Below, piece by piece: positions 56,306-64,000 of a DNA stretch of 64,000 nucleotides. The stretch comes from Hypanus sabinus (lineage: Eukaryota), in the NCBI RefSeq assembly GCF_030144855.1, contig NC_082713.1:160208001-160272000 (forward strand). The letters run 5' to 3'. Each line of letters starts with the position of its first letter. Position 1 is the first letter of the stretch. The position numbers and the translations under genes are program-made. A model generated the notes under the pieces. It was not told the DNA's origin, searched no databases, and worked only from the letters and a program-made list of their open reading frames with translations.

Positions 56306-57638
56306 AGGCCTAATGTTAGGACACACAAAGATGTTGATAGAAATGAATCTCCTAACCAAGCTGGGCTGCTTAAGGAACTAATGTTCGAACGTCAAACCCC
56401 CTACATGATTATTATTATTAAAATTATCTTAATTTTAAATTAATTTTAAGCACGCAGGTGGGTGGAATGGCTAAGTAACTCTAGCGTTAAGTATGGAACT
56501 GTTTATACAAATCGAGGTAAAAGGGCCATGGCATATTGACAGGGCATTGGGTCCACCTGCTTCACGGATGTAATGGAAACCGGGTCCAAAGTTTGTTAAT
56601 CGCGACGCGGATGTTATACATCCAAGTTTTGACTTATTTTAAATATTGAGACGTGTCTACCTGCTTTATGTTTTATTAAAATGCAGCAGAGGAAGAGAGC
56701 CGATGCACCGCTGCACTCACAGTTCTTCCGTTGAATGAACAATTATGGGTAGGCCTCGCCTCTGGTAATTCTCGCTCCAAAACTGCAATCGAAGTGTAGT
56801 GAACAAGCAGGGTATTCAAAAAAAAAGAATTGAGATATATTCAGATGCTTTGTGCAATAAGAGGAAAAAAGGAGAAGGAAGAGTTAGACATGTTTTGGGA
56901 GGGCAGGGATGGGATGTCTCGCTGACTTGCTCTATTTTCCGATTATCATTCTGTCGGTGAGTTGGGAAGGAATACATACCAATAACCGACTGAAGCAACG
57001 AAAAACGAATAAATGTGATAATACATCAAATCTTACATTCCCATTGACAAAATCAAAATCAATTAGTTACAAGTGTATTAGTGATTAAGGTTTGTAGGCG
57101 CGCAAAGGCTATAATTATATTTACGTAAATTGTAACTACCTTAAGTCAGGTCGGGCGTTCCAATGCTTCTAATTAACATACGTGCATAGATAAACACACC
57201 CTGATCGGTTTATGACTTGGATTTGGTTAAAGTTTGCCATTCTGGAACCCGTATCAATTGCAGCTGATTGGGCGCCATGGTTTCCCCAAAACTTCTCGAG
57301 GGGTTTTGACAGTCTGCCAAACAAATTGCAAACAAATGTTTAGAATCATCTAAATTAGCAAAGCGATTGTCGATCGATTAGTGACAGTGACAGAAATAAA
57401 ATATATAATACAAATAAAATAATAATCCGAACGAACATATTTTCGCCTTATTTTAATGTGGACGAAGAAAGTGGCCAAAATTTAACTTACAAATCAAACT
57501 GAGATTGTTTTTATTGACAAAGCCATGTTTAGTCTCATGATGAACGTAAACATTTACTAAATAAAATAATACAAAGCATCCAACTGAATTGGATGGAAAA
57601 TTTTAAAGAATACCCGTGCACATGATTACTATATATAA

Positions 57639-57639
<1 letters not shown>

Positions 57640-57672
<33 letters not shown>
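57640..57672. repeat. (AC)n microsatellite
   Basis: Direct reading. Confidence 0.95.
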
Positions 57673-57674
<2 letters not shown>

Positions 57675-58909
57675 TTCCTCAAAATCGGCTTTACGGAGCA
57701 TGTATCATTTTCACCTTCACGTTTATTGCCAATCTCTTTATTTTTACGCGCAATTTTATTCCACTGAGGCATAAAAAGAATAATTTTCAATCTCAGTATT
57801 TCCTTCAGTTTAATCCCCATGCCAGCAGGCGGAATGATTCATGTTTCTCCCATCTATCCATTTTTGATCGAGAGCGGGCAGGGTGTTTTTCAAAGACCTG
57901 TGGTTTAAATTCGATTGTTCACTGTAGCTTCTGTCTAGTTTGTTATACTCGTCTTTTTGAAACGTATTTGAATTTAAAAAAAAACCCTCTAATCTAAAAT
58001 CTAAAATTAAAGAAGGAAACCCGATTCCGAACCAGCCTCTGTGTTGTGAAAGCGAATGATTTTTACTGAAGACGGGACTGAAACAATGCTTTAATTCAAA
58101 ACGAGAAATCGACCGAGCGATAACGCGGAGTTTTATTTCTCTCACAGAATTAAGGAGTACGACCCTTCAAGAACTAGTTCTGAATTAGTTTCGGTTCATT
58201 TCAATTTCTAATCGAAACAGCAGAAGCGATCCAAAGCACAAGGAAAGAGCTAGAATAAGGAGAATCTAACGATAGCGAGTAATCCACCGTGCCGAGGAAC
58301 GAGATACACCATAAGATCGCCGTGGCACTCCGCATCTGATCAAATGCAACCTACGAGTTTTTCCGAGCTCAGTTCTTGGGTGTTAATCAATTCTGTTGGG
58401 AGAGTACTCGCGCTTTTAAATCGGCAGATTGTGCTTTTAGCCCATAATCTCAAAGTGGGGACTGCCAAATCGAAGGTGCCATTTTATTTTTAAATGGGAC
58501 TTTACACCATTGTACACAATTCGTGCGAACGTGAAGGATTCAGCCTCCGCGCCTTGAGTAGTCATTCTCAATTAAAGATGACTCAAAGAATAGTCACTCG
58601 GTCACCATCACATTCCTGTTTATGAGTTTCCTGTGGGCAAGCTGATAGAATTAAAATAGCAACTTATCTTGTTGAGTAGATTGGGGCTTGGGAGGCGCTT
58701 TGTGATTGCAAATTTATTATTTCTTTCAGTTATCTATCTGGTTTAAAGGCTTCTTTTTTGTCTGAAAATCTACTCCCCAGACCACGAATCCCTGAGAGTC
58801 CCTTACAAAAGTTGGCCGCAGTTCCAGAAGTTCGTTACCTGTTTTTTTTTGTTCTCTCAAGGACAATTGAAAATGGACAACGAGCGGTGTAAACATTATG
58901 CCACATAAA

Positions 58910-59155
58910 AGACACAAGAGATTCTGCACATGTTGGAAATCCGGAGTAACACCCGCAGAATGTTGGAGGAACTCAGCAGGACAGACAACATTGATGGAGA
59001 GGAAGGGTGGACGTTTTGGACCAGAACCGTTCATCAGGAGACGATTCCTTCCTGAGTCCTGACCAAGGGACTCGGCCCGAAACATCAGCTCTTTGCTCCT
59101 CTCCATAGATGCCGCCTGACCTTCTGCATTGCTCCGGCAATTTATTGTGTTACTC
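58910..59155. repeat. Inverted pair of Penelope terminal repeats
   Basis: Reverse arm 58910-59040 and forward arm 59050-59155, each with a degenerate hammerhead. Confidence 0.7.
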
Positions 59156-59229
59156 TTGCCACATAAGATATGGGTGCACAAAATAAAAGTTGTATTACTG
59201 CGGATTAAAGTTTGGTTATCAGAAAGAAG

Positions 59230-60580
59230 ACAAAGTCGGAATAAATTGGTGTTTCTCAGGCTGGATAAGCGTAAGACCTGGAGTGCTCCAAAAATCAATA
59301 CTTGACCCTCATATGTATATATGATTTATAGCAATGCCCGGATAAAGAGTATACAACATCCACATTTGCCAATGACAGGAGACTATGTTAGCGCACATAT
59401 TGTGAAAAACATATCTTAACTGCTACAAAACAGAGATCACTTGAATGAGGTTGGCAAATGGAGTTCAATGTAAAGAAGTGTGAGGTCACACATTTTTTGT
59501 AAGAAGAACCTTAAGGCAGGCTATAATCTAAATGAAGAAGGCAGATAAATGTAGTATAGAATGATGCTCTTGCGCATCATTAAAAACGGAAGGCAGTTGC
59601 AGCAAACGACCTGGAAGGCAAGTAGCATATACTGTAGGTTAAAGACTAAAGATTGGATTTATTTGTCACATGTATTTCTAAAGGTCAACTATATAGTGAT
59701 AAGGGTCATTTGCATCAGATACTGATAAGGGCTCAGCTGGGGCACAGCTTTGGTTCTCCTATACAAGAAAGGATGTATTGGCATTGAAGGCAATCCAAAA
59801 GAAGTCCAATAATTGGCTAATATCTGGGACAAGTGATTTTTTTCCTCCCTATTCACAACTAGCTAAAGAAATTCTTTGGAGTTTAGGAGAATGAGGGGTG
59901 ATTTTATAAAAATAAAAAAAATTGATGGGGCAGGACAAGGCAGATATTGAGATGTTCCTACCAACAGAAAAATATTGAATGAGGGGTCATAGTTACAAGA
60001 TTAGGGGCAGTCATTTAAAATTGAGGTGGATAGGAATTTCTTAAAGAGGTTGCTGAATAACTGGAATTCTCTACCCTGCAAGAGTTTCAGGTCTAGACTA
60101 CTAGTAGGGTGTATTTAAAGTGGAAACAGATACATTTATGAAAGGTCAGGGTACTGAGAACTTTGATAAACTAGAGAATAAGAGTTGAAGCCTGGGGTAG
60201 ACAAGCCATGATCAAATTGCCTGCTCCTATTCTTTATGCTCTTCTGTTCTCTTATTTAAATGAAAATAATTATAATAACATTAAACTATCTCTAGCAAAA
60301 TAAATATTGTTAATGATGATTGAGATAATACAGTAGATGGAGAAGACTTTCAGAAACAACTTGAGTTTTAAGATTTTGAATATTGTAAATGTCTTGTTTT
60401 GGGTAATACAGCTGATGCAGTCTATCTGAACTTCAGCGAGGCTTTTCATAAGGCTGCACATGGATCCAAAAGGTAAAATCCCAGGAAGACTAAGCATATT
60501 GGTAAACTGGATGCAAAACTGGTTCACGAGAGAAGCCAGAGGATGAGGGACAACAGTTGCTGATATTCTGTGACAAGAAG
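59230..60580 (+). mobile_element. Old CR1 fragments
   Basis: WQMEFNVKKCEVTHF and other decayed RT remnants. Confidence 0.65.
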
Positions 60581-60584
60581 AAGG

Positions 60585-61200
60585 CAAGACAGTGGCTACA
60601 CTTCATTAGGAGTTTGAAGAGATTTGGCATGTCAACAAATACACTCAAAAACTTCTATAGATGTACCGTGGAGAGCATTCTGACAGGCTGTGTCACTGTC
60701 TGGTATGGTGGCGCTACTACTGCACGGGACTGAAAGAAGCTGCAGAGGGTTGTAAAATCTAGCCAGCCCCATCTTGGGCACTAGCCGACAAGCCATCCAG
60801 GACATCTTCAGGGAGCGGTGTCTCAAAAAGTGGCATCCATTATTAAGGACCTCCCACCCAGGGCATGCCCTTTTCTCACTGTTACCATCAGGTAGAAGGC
60901 ACAGAAGCCTGAAGGCACACACTCAGTGATTCAGGAACAGCTTCTTCCCTTCTGTCATCTGATTCCTAAATGGACATTGAAGTTTTGGACACTACCTCAC
61001 TTTTTTAATATACAGTATTTCTGTTTTTTTGTACATTAAAAAATCTACTCAATATATGTATACTGTAATTGATTTACTTATATATTATTATTTTTTATTT
61101 TTTTCTCTCTGCTCTGTTATGTATTACATTGAACTGCTTCTGCTAAGTTAACAAATTTCGCATCACATGCAGCTGATAATAAACCTGATTCTGTTTCTGA
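60585..61200 (+). mobile_element. Rex1/Babar-type LINE 3' fragment
   Basis: CTVESILTGCVTVWYG remnant; tail aataaacctgattctgtttctga. Confidence 0.8.
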
Positions 61201-62191
61201 CATTATTGAGATATGTTCAGGTACTGGATCCCAAGGAGATCAGTGGGTGTAAATCATTAGTTAACTCTTCAGAGACAGTGATATTCAAATAGAACCTTGC
61301 AGTTCCAAATCAAATGATTCAGTGTGTTACATAACTACAGGTCTTTGATGTAACATCAATGCAATGTGTCATTCTTACAATAAAACGCACTAGAGTCTGA
61401 AGTAGCACAGTTTAATTGCTATTCAGTGCCTTCTTGACTAGTTCCATTAACTGGCGTTACTTCCATACTTTCAATGCATAATTAGGAACTTTAAAATGCG
61501 GCTCAGATAAAACAGGGAAACGCGTCTCTGTTCCAGGAGTTACCAGATCACCCCACCCACCCAAAAGTGTACGAATGATGCTGCAGAATGTATATTGGCC
61601 ATAGTTGTCGATTTACTTTCGCCGTTTATTGTTGAGAAAGGGGAAAACATGGACGCGAGCTCTATGCTCCCTGATTCGCCAAGGCTATGGACACCCAGAC
61701 TCTAAGCACAGAAGTGCTGTTGTATCCGTAGGTTTCCGATACCAAAATTGTTCCGGCACTGTAATTTGCTGTCCGTTCAAGAGTTTGGAAATTTTGAACT
61801 CGACATAAGAAGAGGGTCGGCTGATTATTACACGAAACCCCAATAGATAATATCGATTAGTATTTTGGTTTTCATCTCTGGTGACCAAACAAAGTTTTTT
61901 TAATACATTTTAGTTGAGTAACTAAGCTGAACTGCAGCATTTACAAAGTCACTCCGCCGTCTGCCTCCAGCAACAAACCTGCATTGTTCAGGGACGCATA
62001 ATTAATGAACCCCCAGGCGTAGCGGAACGTCGCCACACGGAGCTGAACATTTCATCGTAACTGATAGCCTGTCTTTTCTGTTCAGGTGGAAAAACACCCT
62101 AACATTTTGTAAACCTATTGGTCTAACATGACATTGTAATTCCGTTTGATTAGAACGAATCGTTCTTCGTTCACAGCACAGATCCATTGAG

Positions 62192-62270
62192 ATGAACATT
62201 GCTCGGAAACTTAAATTAATGTTACCGTGGAGTGTGTTAGTGCTTTACTCATTCCTTCAGTTATTTCAAG
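62192..62270 (+). CDS. Candidate signal-peptide exon of an unidentified gene (MNIARKLKLMLPWSVLVLYSFLQLFQ, phase-1 intron)
   Basis: Acceptor ttcttcgttcacag| (62176), ATG 62192, basic then hydrophobic peptide, strong donor AAG|gtaagc at 62271; no homolog recognised. Confidence 0.4.
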
Positions 62271-64000
62271 GTAAGCACGTAAGTATGTTACAAGATCTTT
62301 CGAAGCCAGCCATTTTTTTTCCGAGGAGAATTGTTTGATTATAAAGGAGAATGCGTTAAAGCGGATATTGTTAAAATACAGAGCGCGAAGGAAACGAATT
62401 TAATTACTGGAAAACCAGGTTATTACGTATTCGCACCTGGTTTTATTTTCCTTTTGCTTGCTTTTATTAAATGTCAATCGCAAAGTATTTGATTTAATGT
62501 GGAAGTATATAAGCAAAGTTAACGGAAGCTCAGAGATATCTACAAGGATGCATCTTGAAACAAGTGCACCTATTCTAAGTCTGAAACTTTGTAAATATCA
62601 ACAAGTAATGGTGGTATTGCAGTACAAATTGTTTCCGTTATAGAACTGTTATGGTCTAGTTTTATTTAAAAAAAACTGTCTTGTGTCTAAATGCAGGTTT
62701 AGCGTTTAAGGCTTTGCAATTTAACAGGTATTCAACGCGATTTATTGTATTCTACACACCCAGAAGGGACTTAACCAAGTATTTCGTATCTTTCTAATAG
62801 GATCTCATTGTGAAACCTCATTTCGTGGGCAAAACCGATCAAGAAGGCAAGTCATAAAGCTGTTTAATTTTACGAATAACTGAAGTGGAATCAAATCGCA
62901 GAATGTGATATTGTTCTATTCTGACCCTCTGTTCGCCAAGTCAGGTATCACATATTTTTGGAGAAGGATTTGACGTATTGATGCGGTTCTTTTCTCACAG
63001 GAGCAGATTTGATGCAGTTCTCCAGAAACGGAATCTCCTTGCGGTAGAGGTATGCTAAAATGAACTCTAAAGTAATTCTGTCGTGACAATGAACTCTTTG
63101 TGCAGCTTGCAGCAATAAAAGCTTTAAAAGATGAAGTTTCAATACTGTGCTTAGGCAGGCATTTTTAATAATGTTTAGATACTAGTTTTCTGCAATTTTG
63201 GAAATGCTATCTGAAATCAAATATCATCTTCATTTGATAAAATGCCAACATTAAAACTAATTTATAAACGAATATAAGTTACAGAACCTTAATTGACTCG
63301 GAGGGATTAATGGTCGTAAGAGGAGACGTAAAGGGTTCTGGGAGTTATAAAAGGCATGGGTACGGAAAGTTAACAATAAAGACAAAGCTGTAAAAATAAA
63401 AATGAAGTTGCACTTATTGTAATTATTATTGGAACTTAATTTTTAAATTGCAAAACATTTTAAAGATAATTATTGTTTTATATAATGTGATCTGTAATGA
63501 TAATGCCAGTACTGTAATTAATAAGAAATTTAAGCTTCTTTCATTCTGAGTGCCATGCCAGTGCTCTATTAGTAGTGTATGGCCCAAAAGATTGCATTAA
63601 GCAGAATACTTAACTTTGAAGATGATGTTATGATCCATTAGCTGTCTGAGCACAATAGTTTAAAACTGTTGCATGCTGTAACATCATTCATCTTGTAACA
63701 CATACTACTAATGAACTGGCCCTCAGGATTATAGCTCCATGCCATTCATTGTTTGCATCTAGCACTAGTTCTGCATCTGAATCCTCATTGTGTAATGTTA
63801 ATTGTCCACTTTAATCTCTTTTATATCAGTGTTCCTGCCCCAGTCCACCTGATACTGAAATATTCTCTCTGTTGCTATCTACAGACTTCACTATTCCAAA
63901 TCTCTCCCAGCTGGCCTGATCTCTTCCATAGTTGATAAACTTGAATTCATTAAAAAGTGTATAGCCCACTTCCAAGCCCATTTGAAATTCCATTCACTTA

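Noticed and set aside
58726-59298. 190-aa minus-strand ORF
   Set aside because: Runs through an inverted Penelope repeat pair and shows no protein-like features.

Overview
Vertebrate genomic DNA. The repeat complement (HE1/V-SINE-like SINEs, CR1, Rex1/Babar, Penelope, SacSINE1-like) points to a cartilaginous fish, probably a ray; this is inferred. Two complete intron-containing genes lie on the + strand. GNS (N-acetylglucosamine-6-sulfatase) has 14 coding exons, CDS 6862-27008, 532 aa. RPS16 has a non-coding exon 1 plus 5 coding exons, CDS 41116-49111, 146 aa. All splice junctions are GT-AG and both reading frames close. Most remaining sequence is decayed and often nested transposons, which explain nearly all other ORFs in the track. 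The most notable non-gene signals are: (i) minimal hammerhead-ribozyme motifs in two Penelope-type repeat families, one with an intact core on the sense strand of an RPS16 intron; (ii) a possible degenerate HDV-like ribozyme at an RTE 5' end; (iii) an AT-rich but CpG-retaining domain at ~52-63 kb, containing an unassigned signal-peptide-like exon. I found nothing I can defend as a wholly new system. Repeat boundaries are approximate, and family names and human comparisons come from recall, not searches.
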